Shown here one piece after another: positions 42,443 to 51,700 of a stretch of 64,000 nucleotides of DNA; the stretch's first letter is position 1; each line of letters starts with the position of its first letter. Below the pieces are notes generated by a model, which saw only the letters and a list, made by a program, of their open reading frames with translations, did no database searches and was not told the DNA's origin. Source of the stretch: an uncultured Candidatus Peribacteria bacterium (GTDB lineage Bacteria; Patescibacteriota; Gracilibacteria; Peribacterales; Peribacteraceae); the NCBI GenBank assembly GCA_964541635.1, contig CAZIQM010000001.1:5852-69851 (forward strand), given 5' to 3'. Position numbers and translations under genes: made by a program.

Positions 42443-43792
42443 ATGCGCCTCTCCGCCGCACTCCTTCCCCTGCTCCTCGTTCCCGCCGTCGCTTTCGCGG
42501 ATTCCGGCGCGACGGTGATCGACGAATCGTCCTCGCAGGTGCTGGCGCCGGATAACACGGATACGGCCATCCCCGAAGGAACGGCGAGCGTCACGATCGA
42601 GCAGGTGTCGCTCGTCCCGGGCGTCCAGGGATCCTGGCTCTTGTCCTTCCCCGACCACACGCAACGCACCGGCACCGTCGGCGCCGAGGTGCTCACCGAC
42701 ATCCCGAGCGGCAATTACGTCCTCTACGCCAACCTGCCGAACGGCACGCTCTCGACCATCCGCATCTACAAGAACGGCGTGCTCGATAAATTCTTCGAGC
42801 GCCAGCAAACGCCGTTCGCCCTGTACCCCGGCGACGACATCCGCATCGCGATCCACTACCGCCTCGACAAAACAGGCACGGTGTCCGTGCAGAGCGACCC
42901 CACCGGCACGCACTTCGTGCTCTACGGGCCCGATGAAGCCGTGTACGACGGCACGACGCCCGCGACGTACGAGGATTTGCCCGAAGGACAGTACAAGGTG
43001 CTCTACGACGCCTTCGCCGAAGGATGCATCACCCCCGCGCCGAAAGCCGGGCAATTGGTGAAGGATTCGCGCGTGTCGTTCGACGTGAAGTTCGACTGCC
43101 CCGCGGCGAACAAAGCGCGCGAGCGCCAGGCGAAGGACTCGAAGAAGTACCTCACGATCGTCGTGGGCGGCAAGGACGTGCAGCTCCAGGACGTGCAGCA
43201 GAGCGATTGGTTCTCGACGTACGTCTTCGAAGCGGCCAAACGCGACATCCTCTCGGGCTACAAGGACGCCGAGGGCAACCCGACGGGAGCGTTCGGCCCC
43301 GGCAACAGCGTCACGGTCGCGGAACTCGGCAAAATCGCGCACCGGATGGCGGGCATCGCCGAAGACGCGTTCAAGACCGCGCAGCCGAAGAACCCCGCGG
43401 GGGCCGGACAATGGTTCTCGCCGTTCATCGCCAGCGCGGAAAACCGCGGATGGATCATCTACGCCGACGGGACGATCGACCCGACGCGCCCCGCCACCCG
43501 CGGCGAAGTGCTCGTGACGCTCATGCAGGCCTTCGACGTCGGCCTGCGGTGGCAGAAAGGCAACGTGTTCACGGACGTTCCCGTGACGTATCCGTACGCC
43601 GCGGCCATCGAAACCGCCGCCGCCGACAAGGTCGTCTCTGGCCGCACGGACGCCGACGGCAAGCCCACGGGCGCCTTCGACCCCGACGCGTCGATCACGC
43701 GCGCGGAAATCGCCAAGATCATCACGACGCTCCTCGACACGTACAAATCGCCGACCGCCCTGCGCAACGCGGCGAACAAGAAGCAGGATTAA
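42443..43792 (+). CDS. secreted protein with PEGA-like N-terminal domains and three C-terminal SLH domains
   Basis: Signal peptide. SLH repeats DVQQSDWFSTYV...VTVAELGKIAHRM, QWFSPFIASAENRGWI...ATRGEVLVTL and FTDVPVTYPYAAAIETAAADKVVSG...ITRAEIAKII. Confidence 0.8.
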   Translation: MRLSAALLPLLLVPAVAFADSGATVIDESSSQVLAPDNTDTAIPEGTASVTIEQVSLVPGVQGSWLLSFPDHTQRTGTVGAEVLTDIPSGNYVLYANLPNGTLSTIRIYKNGVLDKFFERQQTPFALYPGDDIRIAIHYRLDKTGTVSVQSDPTGTHFVLYGPDEAVYDGTTPATYEDLPEGQYKVLYDAFAEGCITPAPKAGQLVKDSRVSFDVKFDCPAANKARERQAKDSKKYLTIVVGGKDVQLQDVQQSDWFSTYVFEAAKRDILSGYKDAEGNPTGAFGPGNSVTVAELGKIAHRMAGIAEDAFKTAQPKNPAGAGQWFSPFIASAENRGWIIYADGTIDPTRPATRGEVLVTLMQAFDVGLRWQKGNVFTDVPVTYPYAAAIETAAADKVVSGRTDADGKPTGAFDPDASITRAEIAKIITTLLDTYKSPTALRNAANKKQD

Positions 43793-43830
43793 GCGGCGAG
43801 CCCCTCGGCACGCTCGGGGTGACAGAAGGA

Positions 43831-45111
43831 TTACTGTTGCAAAATTTTGCCCGCCAACGACGTCACGTCGCCCGCGCCCATGGTGACCACCACGTCATGG
43901 GGTTTCAGGCCTTCCGCAAGCCATTGTAAGGTTCCCTCCAGCCCGCCGCCGTCGACGACCGTCGTCGCGCTGCCGGCCGCCACGTCGGCGATGAAACGGA
44001 GGAAATCCACTTTGGCCGAATCGGATTCGCCGCGGGCGCCGTACACGTTCGGCATCACCACGAGATCGACGCCGCGGAACGCGGTGAGGAATTCGTCGTA
44101 CAGTTTCAGCGTGCGGTCGTGCGTGTGCGGCTGGAACACGACGACGATGCGGCGGCCGGGATACCCTTCCTTGATTCCCTGGAGCGACCCCGCGATCTCC
44201 GCGGGATGGTGCGCGTAGTCGTCGATGACCGTCACGCCGTCCGAGTCACGGGTGCCCTTCACTTCCATGCGCCGCCACGTGCCGCGGAATCCCGCGAGCG
44301 AGCGGAGTGCCGACTCCTCGGCGATGCCGAAGTGTTTCGCGGTCGCGAGGGCCAACCGGGCGTTCTGCCGCATGATGTCGCCCGGTACGCCGACCACGGG
44401 CAGGTCCGCCGCGTCGGCGTTGATGCCCGGATGCCCGCTGCGCGCGACGACCTCTTTGCACGTGTCGTCCGACGCGTGGAGCACCACGGGATTGCCTTCG
44501 GGTTCCAAACGGAAGAAATCGACGAACGCCTGCCGGTAGTCCTCGAGCGATCCGTAGGCGTCGAAGTGGTCGCCGTCGACGGTGGTGAGCACCGCGACGT
44601 CCGGCGAAAGGTAATGGAACGATTTCCGGTACTCGCACGCTTCGACGATGAAGATCTCGGACGCGCCTTTCCGCCAGTTGCGCCCCGCGAGGTCGGGCGA
44701 TTTCGTGCCGACCACGACCGAGGGGTCTTTGCCCGCGTCGATGAACGCCTTCGCGATCATGGCGGTCGTCGTCGATTTGCCGTGCGTGCCGCACACGGCG
44801 ATCACGGTGTAGTTCTCGCTCAGCTCGCCGAGGGCGCGGAAGTACGACTGCTGCTCGATGCCGAGATCGGTCGCTTTCCTGCGCTCCGGCGCGTCCGGCG
44901 GGACGGCTTCCGAATAGACGAAGAGATCGACATCGCCCGTCACGTGCGAGCCGTCCTGGTCGAGGAAGACCTCGATGCCCTGGCCGCGGAGGTCGTCGAG
45001 CAAGGCGCTGTCCGATTTATCGCTGCCGCGCACGACGTGCCCGTTGGCGCGCTGCAACGCCGCGTAGGCGCTGAGCCCGATGCCGCCGATGCCGCTGCAG
45101 TAGATCACCAT
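43831..45111 (-). CDS. murC: UDP-N-acetylmuramate--L-alanine ligase
   Basis: GIGGIGLSAYA...VRGSD N-terminus and the Mur ligase P-loop GTHGKSTTTAM. Confidence 0.88.
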   Translation of the reverse strand: MVIYCSGIGGIGLSAYAALQRANGHVVRGSDKSDSALLDDLRGQGIEVFLDQDGSHVTGDVDLFVYSEAVPPDAPERRKATDLGIEQQSYFRALGELSENYTVIAVCGTHGKSTTTAMIAKAFIDAGKDPSVVVGTKSPDLAGRNWRKGASEIFIVEACEYRKSFHYLSPDVAVLTTVDGDHFDAYGSLEDYRQAFVDFFRLEPEGNPVVLHASDDTCKEVVARSGHPGINADAADLPVVGVPGDIMRQNARLALATAKHFGIAEESALRSLAGFRGTWRRMEVKGTRDSDGVTVIDDYAHHPAEIAGSLQGIKEGYPGRRIVVVFQPHTHDRTLKLYDEFLTAFRGVDLVVMPNVYGARGESDSAKVDFLRFIADVAAGSATTVVDGGGLEGTLQWLAEGLKPHDVVVTMGAGDVTSLAGKILQQ

Positions 45112-45137
45112 GGTCCTAGTGTAGACTGTCCGCCGTC

Positions 45138-45587
45138 ATGGCGTACAACCGGGTCACCCAACCGGTCAGCAAGCAGCTGACGATCATCATCGGCCTCACC
45201 GTCGTGGGGTTCATGGCGTTCGGCTTGGCGCTGTCGTTTTACCGCAACATCCTCTTCGAACAAACCCTGGGCGACATCGAGAACGAAAACGCCCGGATCG
45301 CCGGGACGATCGAGCAGGGATACGGCGACCTGGAGTACTACCGCTCGGCGCAGTACAAAGACAAATACGCCAAGGAAAACCTCGGCAAAGTGAACGCCGG
45401 GGAAAAGCTCATCATCATCACGCCCGATCCCAACGCGCATAGCCCCTTGGCCCAGAGCGGCTCGACGGACCAGGAGCGGCGCGAAGCGGCGTATTTCGAA
45501 CTGCTGCAGCAAATGCCGGTCATCGAACACTGGCAACTCTTCCTCTTCCAGCGCAAGAAACTGGAGGAACTGCGTAAGAACATCTGA
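45138..45587 (+). CDS. septum formation initiator (FtsB/DivIC-like)
   Basis: Single N-terminal TM, a coiled coil, and YYRSAQYKDKYAKENLGKVNAGEKLIII. Confidence 0.7.
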   Translation: MAYNRVTQPVSKQLTIIIGLTVVGFMAFGLALSFYRNILFEQTLGDIENENARIAGTIEQGYGDLEYYRSAQYKDKYAKENLGKVNAGEKLIIITPDPNAHSPLAQSGSTDQERREAAYFELLQQMPVIEHWQLFLFQRKKLEELRKNI

Positions 45588-45597
45588 GGCCGAACGC

Positions 45598-45625
45598 TTG
45601 TGTTATGGCGATCCGTCGCTAGAAT
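45598..45625 (+). promoter_or_regulatory. candidate promoter of tRNA-Met
   Basis: TTGTGT-N16-TAGAAT, 11 nt before the tRNA 5' end. Confidence 0.5.
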
Positions 45626-45636
45626 CCTTCCACTTC

Positions 45637-45713
<77 letters not shown>

Positions 45714-45729
45714 ATTTGATCGCCCTAAA

Positions 45730-45751
45730 GCCCCCAAACGGGGCCTTTTTT
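45730..45751 (+). terminator. intrinsic terminator after tRNA-Met
   Basis: GCCCC-caaac-GGGGC-CTTTTTT. Confidence 0.7.
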
Positions 45752-45755
45752 GTGC

Positions 45756-45783
45756 TTGCGCGGCCATGATCTTTCGGTAGAAT
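45756..45783 (+). promoter_or_regulatory. candidate promoter of rpmA
   Basis: TTGCGC-N16-TAGAAT, 11 nt before the ATG. Confidence 0.5.
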
Positions 45784-45794
45784 CCCCGTACCCT

Positions 45795-46079
45795 ATGGCA
45801 CATAAGAAAGCAGGTGGCACAACAGAAAACGGCCGAGATTCTCGGGCCAAACGCCGTGGCGTAAAGCGCTTCGGTTCGCAGCTGGTGAAAGCCGGCGAGG
45901 TCATCGTGCGCCAGAAGGGCACGCTCTTCCGCATCGGAAAAAACACGTACATGGGCAAGGATTTCACCATCCACGCCGAAGTCGCCGGCAAAGTGAAGTT
46001 CTCGCGCACGAAGCTCTCGAACTTCACGGGCAAGCGCATGTGGGCGACGCTCGTGCACATCGAACCCGCGAAGGCCTGA
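45795..46079 (+). CDS. rpmA: 50S ribosomal protein L27
   Basis: [24 protein letters not shown]... Confidence 0.95.
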   Translation: MAHKKAGGTTENGRDSRAKRRGVKRFGSQLVKAGEVIVRQKGTLFRIGKNTYMGKDFTIHAEVAGKVKFSRTKLSNFTGKRMWATLVHIEPAKA

Positions 46080-46131
46080 GCCTCCGCTTCGCCTTTCCCC
46101 CTTCCCCTGCCGCACGGTAGGATTTCCGCAT

Positions 46132-46818
46132 ATGTTCATGGATCTTGGCGCCGGCCCCGGTGAAAACGCCTCGCCCGACGAAGGCGGCGGCAGCGGCGGC
46201 GAAACCCTCAGCGAAGAAGCCCGCGCCCGGTTCGCCGGCGCGGCGGCGGCGCAGCAGCAAGCCAGGAAAGACGAACGGAAAGCTAAGAAGCGCGACGACG
46301 GCGTCGCCCAGATGATCATGGCGTTCCTCACGGACACGCAGCGCACGCACCTCGCGACGCTCATTTCGCGGCTCGTCGCGCTCGACTGCCCCTCGCCGTT
46401 CCTCCTCGCGATCCTCTCGCTCGTGAACGCCGACTGCACGAAGGCCGTCGACGAGTACTTGGCGGAACAAGGCTCGCCCGCGGATCCCGACACGACCGCC
46501 CTCGCCGCGCTCGGCGAAACGAACCTGCCCGCAGAAGCCAACGCGACCCTCGAGAAGTGGATCCTCTCCATGGAGCTCGTCCTCGCCACGAACCCGGTGC
46601 AGATCCTCGCCGCCCTCATCGTGGAGGAAGGCAACATCGACGGCACGGTGCTGCAGCTCACGACCTTCGTCCTCGACGAATTCATGAAATCGCACGGCAA
46701 GCCCGTGCAGTTCGCGGCGCTGCAAAGCGCGACCATCTCGATCCTGCAGGCGGTGTTCGAGGATTACATGCACCACGCCCCGCTGCCGGAAGCCGCGAAA
46801 AACGAGGACGACGAGTGA
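46132..46818 (+). CDS. hypothetical protein (228 aa), acidic
   Basis: Protein-like ORF. A TAGGAT box lies 8 nt upstream of the ATG. Confidence 0.65.
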   Translation: MFMDLGAGPGENASPDEGGGSGGETLSEEARARFAGAAAAQQQARKDERKAKKRDDGVAQMIMAFLTDTQRTHLATLISRLVALDCPSPFLLAILSLVNADCTKAVDEYLAEQGSPADPDTTALAALGETNLPAEANATLEKWILSMELVLATNPVQILAALIVEEGNIDGTVLQLTTFVLDEFMKSHGKPVQFAALQSATISILQAVFEDYMHHAPLPEAAKNEDDE

Positions 46819-46849
46819 TCCCCTTCGGCAGGCTCAGGGTGACAGCGGA

Positions 46850-48667
46850 TTAATCGCGCTTGAGCACGCTCAGGAACGCTTCCTGCGTGATGGTCACTTT
46901 GCCCATCTGCTTCATGCGCTTTTTGCCTTTCTTCTGCTTATCGAGGAGCTTGTTCTTGCGCGAGACGTCGCCGCCGTAGAGGTAGCCGGTCACGTCCTTG
47001 CGCATGGCGCCGATCGTTTCGCGGGCGACGACCTTGCCGCCGATCGCCGCTTGGATCGCGATTTCGAACTGCGCCTTCGGCAATACCTCTTTTAGGCGTT
47101 TGCACACGATAGCTCCCACGCTGTGTGCTTCGCTGCGGTGCACGATCGTCGAGAGCGCTTCGGCCGGTTCGCCCGCGAGCAGGATCTGCAATTTCACCAA
47201 ATCGCCGCTGTGGTACCCGAGCGGTTCGTAGCTCATGGAGCCGTACCCTTCGGTCGAACTCTTCAGGCGATCGAAGAAATCGAGGACGATCGACTGGAGC
47301 GGGACGTCGAACTTCATGAGCACGCGCTGCGCGTCGAGGTACTCCAACGCCTTCTGCGTGCCGCGTCGTTCCTGCAGCATCTGCATCACGATGCCGACGT
47401 CGACGTCGCGGCACACGACTTCGAGCGCCACCCACGGCTCGCGGACCTGTTCGATGATCACGGGATCCGGAAAGTCCGCCGGGTTGCTGATGCGCGCGGT
47501 GTCGGGCTCGTCGACCTTGAGCAGCGAGCTGCGCACGTACTCGGCCGGGTTCTTGGCGGCCATCTTCACCTCGTAGAGCACGCTCGGCGCGGTGACGATG
47601 AGATCGCAATTATGTTCGCGTTCCAGGCGTTCTTGGACGATTTCGAGGTGCAGGAGCCCGAGGAACCCGCAGCGGAACCCGTTGCCGAGGGCGGCGTTCT
47701 GTTCCGGTTCGGTGGAGAGCGCGCTGTCGTTGAGCGTCAGTTTCTCGAGCGCGTCGCGCAGGTCCGGGTACTTGTCGGCTTCGGTCGGGTACAACCCCGC
47801 GAACACCATCGGCTGCACGAGTTTGTAGCCCGGCAAGAGTTTCAGGTCCGGCGCCGACGCCATCGTGTCGCCCACGCGGACCAGGCGGACGTCCTTCATC
47901 CCTGAGACGACGTACCCGATCTGGCCGAGGACCATTTTGTCGTCCGGCACGTAGTGCGGCGAGAAATGGCCGACTTCCTGGACGTCGAACTGCGTTTTTT
48001 GGCCGAGGAGATGCACCTTCATCCCCTTCTTCAACTCACCTTCGATCACGCGGACGTACGCGATGGCGCCGCGGTAGCCGTCCATGAACGCGTCGAAAAT
48101 GAGCGCCCGGGTGCCGCCGCCCGCCGGCTGGACCGTCGGCGCCGGGATGCGCGCCGCGACCGCGTCGAGCACCTGGTCGACGTTCGTGCCGTCCTTGGCC
48201 GAAATCCTGAGGATATCCTCCTTTGCGCACCCGATGAGCTTCACCACTTCCTCGCTCACGCGCTCGGGATCGGCGGCGGGCAGGTCGATTTTGTTCAGCA
48301 CGGGGATGATCGTCAGGTCGTGCTCCATCGCCATCATGAGCACCGCGATCGTCTGGGCTTGGATGCCCTGCGACGCGTCGACGAGGAGGATAGCGCCTTC
48401 GCACGCGGCGAGACTGCGCGACACTTCGTAGCGGAAGTCGGTATGGCCCGGCGTATCGATGAGGTTGTACTCCACGCCCTTCCATTCCATGCGGACCGGC
48501 GTGAGCTTGATTGTGATCCCCCGCTCGCGCTCCAAATCGAGCATGTCGAGCGTCTGGCTCTTCATTTCGCGCTTCTGCAACGTGCCCGTCAGTTCGATCA
48601 TGCGGTCCGACAACGTCGATTTGCCGTGGTCGATGTGCGCGATGATGCAGAAGTTGCGGATATCCAT
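46850..48667 (-). CDS. lepA: translation elongation factor 4 (LepA)
   Basis: IRNFCIIAHIDHGKSTL, DTPGH, NKID, and the LepA-specific C-terminal domain. Confidence 0.96.
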   Translation of the reverse strand: MDIRNFCIIAHIDHGKSTLSDRMIELTGTLQKREMKSQTLDMLDLERERGITIKLTPVRMEWKGVEYNLIDTPGHTDFRYEVSRSLAACEGAILLVDASQGIQAQTIAVLMMAMEHDLTIIPVLNKIDLPAADPERVSEEVVKLIGCAKEDILRISAKDGTNVDQVLDAVAARIPAPTVQPAGGGTRALIFDAFMDGYRGAIAYVRVIEGELKKGMKVHLLGQKTQFDVQEVGHFSPHYVPDDKMVLGQIGYVVSGMKDVRLVRVGDTMASAPDLKLLPGYKLVQPMVFAGLYPTEADKYPDLRDALEKLTLNDSALSTEPEQNAALGNGFRCGFLGLLHLEIVQERLEREHNCDLIVTAPSVLYEVKMAAKNPAEYVRSSLLKVDEPDTARISNPADFPDPVIIEQVREPWVALEVVCRDVDVGIVMQMLQERRGTQKALEYLDAQRVLMKFDVPLQSIVLDFFDRLKSSTEGYGSMSYEPLGYHSGDLVKLQILLAGEPAEALSTIVHRSEAHSVGAIVCKRLKEVLPKAQFEIAIQAAIGGKVVARETIGAMRKDVTGYLYGGDVSRKNKLLDKQKKGKKRMKQMGKVTITQEAFLSVLKRD

Positions 48668-48736
48668 GGAAGCCGCGGTAGAGTAGCAAAAAACGCGCCG
48701 AATGGATACGGTGCCTTTCGGGGTTTCGGGCGCCGT

Positions 48737-51700
48737 TTAGTGGATATACGCGAAGATATCACCCACCGCCGGCGGCATGACCGCTGGCCCCAGCTTTTTT
48801 TGCGCGTCGAATATGGCTTCCTGGATGAGGTTGTGGACGTCGATCTCGGTCGTGATCGCGGCGAACTTTTCGCGTCGCGCTTCGACGGCCGCGCCGACCG
48901 CCACCGTGATTTTCCGCAGGTTCCCGGGCTCGAGGTGAAGATCCGGATTGCCGAGGGCGCGGTAATACTGGTCGAGCTTCGTCCGGATCGCCCCTTCGAC
49001 GGCGGCGTTATCGAATCGCGGGACGGGATCGACGGCATCGAGGACTTCGGGCGGCAGCGGCGCGATTTTCGCCTTGTCATTGAACAAGCCAAGAAGATCC
49101 GACGACGCGGGCTGCCATGCGCCAACCGTTTCTTCGGCGGCCGCCTTTTCTTCCAATTCTTCCCCGTAGCGTTTCTCCTCCTCGGAGATCCTGCGCTCCC
49201 CGCCCACGCGGCCGTTATTCACGCGGAGGCGCTCGAACGAATCCGCCCAATCCCGCGCCGAAACCTCGCGCGATGTCGTCCGCGGCGTCGCGATCGACAC
49301 CGTTTCCCATCCTCCGGTCGCGTTTTGTCGCAGGAGCACGAGACGGCTGTCCTTGCCTTCGCCCAGGCGCACGCCCCACGTGGAGCGATCGATCTGCGTG
49401 AGCACCCCCGGCCGCTCGCCGGCGCGGAACATGCGCTCCGCCCTGGACGTCCCTTTCAGGAGCTCCACGTCCTTCTTCTCGCCTTGCGCCGCGCGCTGGG
49501 CCACGATCTCGCGCAGGAACAGCGACCGCTTTTCCTCCGGAAGCCGCACGAGAGGATTGCCCAGGACGGGCAAACCGACCTCGAGATACCCCGACCCTTC
49601 GCTGCGGATACCGGCGATTTGCACGTACGAAGGCTCTTTGCCATTCCCGGCGTGCTCGGGATCGTCGCCGAGCGACAAGGGATCGCTGGAATAGACGAAC
49701 GTGACGAGGTAACGGACGGTGTTATCGGCTTCGACCATCTTCTGGCAGTGCACCGCGTAGATTTTTTCGCGCGAGAGGTAGTGGGAATCCGCTTGTACCG
49801 GAAACGCGAGGAGCTCTTTGAACGCCCGCACGTCTTCGGCATCGAACGTATCGGAAGCGACCAGCGTGGGAACGCGTCCGCCCTTGTCCTTCAACACTTC
49901 GGCGAGTTCCCCGTTGGATTCACGGAACTGGAATGTGTCCCTGGCCCACAACGCGACGGCGCGTGCGGAAGCCTCCGTGGTCCTCGATTCGAGTTGTTTT
50001 TCCGTGCCGACGAATCGCTTCGTTTCCCGCTCGCAGTGCGAAAGGTCCAGCAGGAACATCGAAAGGTCCGCCCGGAACGACGCGTAGATATCCGACAGCG
50101 TTTCTTTGTCGTACGCGGCGCATGCGTCGGCGCCGTACTCGGCGCGATACGCGTCGAAGTCGACGCGGGAACGCGCCGCCGCCTCCTTCGCGCGGGCGAG
50201 TTGTTCGTTCGCCTTGGCGAGGGCGGTCGTGGCTTCGTCCAGGTTTCCCGTGTACGGCACGTCGTGGGGACGTTCCCTCCTGAAACGCGTGATCTCGGCG
50301 TCGAGCGTCTCGACAGTTTTCTTCTTCGCATCAACGTCGGTTTGCGTGGCCGCGACGTTCGCGTCCGCGAGTTCGGCGCGCGAGCGCCAAAACACGTACC
50401 GTTCCAGGAACCGCAAACGGGAATGCTCCGCGGAAACGACGTTATGCTGCTCCATGAGCTGCCGCCGTTCGGTCCGGAGCTGCGGATACGCATCCGCGCC
50501 CATCATCGGTTCTATCGCCGGAATGGCGCGGTTGATGTCGGGCACGCACGTCGTTTCAGGATCGCGGACACCGCCGTCCGAAAACCTGATAGCTCCGTCT
50601 TTGCCGAGCTTCTCCGTTCCCGCGATGCCAGCAGTCGAAACGTCGAAGTCGCGGTCGTACGAGAAACGCCTGGCGGCGATCGTGTCCGTCTTGCCGTCCA
50701 CCTTCATGGGCGTCTCGCGGAACGTGTTCGGGCCGCCGCCCGTCGTGCGCCCGCTGTCCATGACGTCCTCCCACGTCGCGTCCGGGCCGCCGCCCGCTTT
50801 GAGCAACGTTTCGCGGAAACGGGCCATGAGGAGTTCCGTGCGTGTTTTCCCGCCGTTCTTCGCGAGTTCGCCTTCGACGTCGAGAAGGCGCGTATGCAGC
50901 ACGACTTTCGACCCGAGCTCATAGCGGCGCGCCTCGAGCAACTCGCGGATGACGGGATCCCGTTCGCCCTTGGCGTCCGCGGAAACCTGGAGGAACTGCT
51001 TCTCTTGCAGGTGCGTGGCGTAGGCCTTTCCCGCGCCGCGAAGCGCTTCCGCCAGGCGCTTCGGCTCGATGTCCTGCATGAACCAATCGCTGTTGGGGTT
51101 GTATCCCCTCTGCGTGTTCAACCCGTCGATGAACGACATGCCCACATCGGCACGGTGTCCGTCCACGAACATGTGCGTCGCGTAGAACGGAAGGACGTGC
51201 GTTTGGAAATCGCCCTCGAAGAATTCCTGCATGCGGTCCGCGGGACCGCCGAATTGCGCGGCGATCACGCCGTACTCGCTCGGCGCGTGCGTCTTCATCT
51301 CGCGCAGGAACAGCGCGAAGAACAATTTTTTCCGGATTTCGACGTCTTTCGCCTCTTTCAGGTTCAGGGTGGAAAGCCCGTCGAGCACGAAATCAACGTA
51401 GGAATCGCCGAGGAGGTGTTCTTCCTGTTGGTTGATCGTCGGCGTCGTTCCGCCGAGGTGCGCCAGGATCCACGCGGGGCAACGCCGGACGAACTCGTAG
51501 TACGAATTCTTTTCCCACGCGCTGACTGCCGAATGGAGGGTGACGATGACGCCCAAGGCGATCCATCCGGGGGGACCTTCCCACCCGAGCCCGCTCGCGA
51601 GGAACGCGAGCATCGACGTCGAATCGATGCCGAGACGCCAGTTGGCGGCGGTTTTCTCCGTCGTCGGATCGAGCGCCGACGCGTCGATCGACACCTTGTC

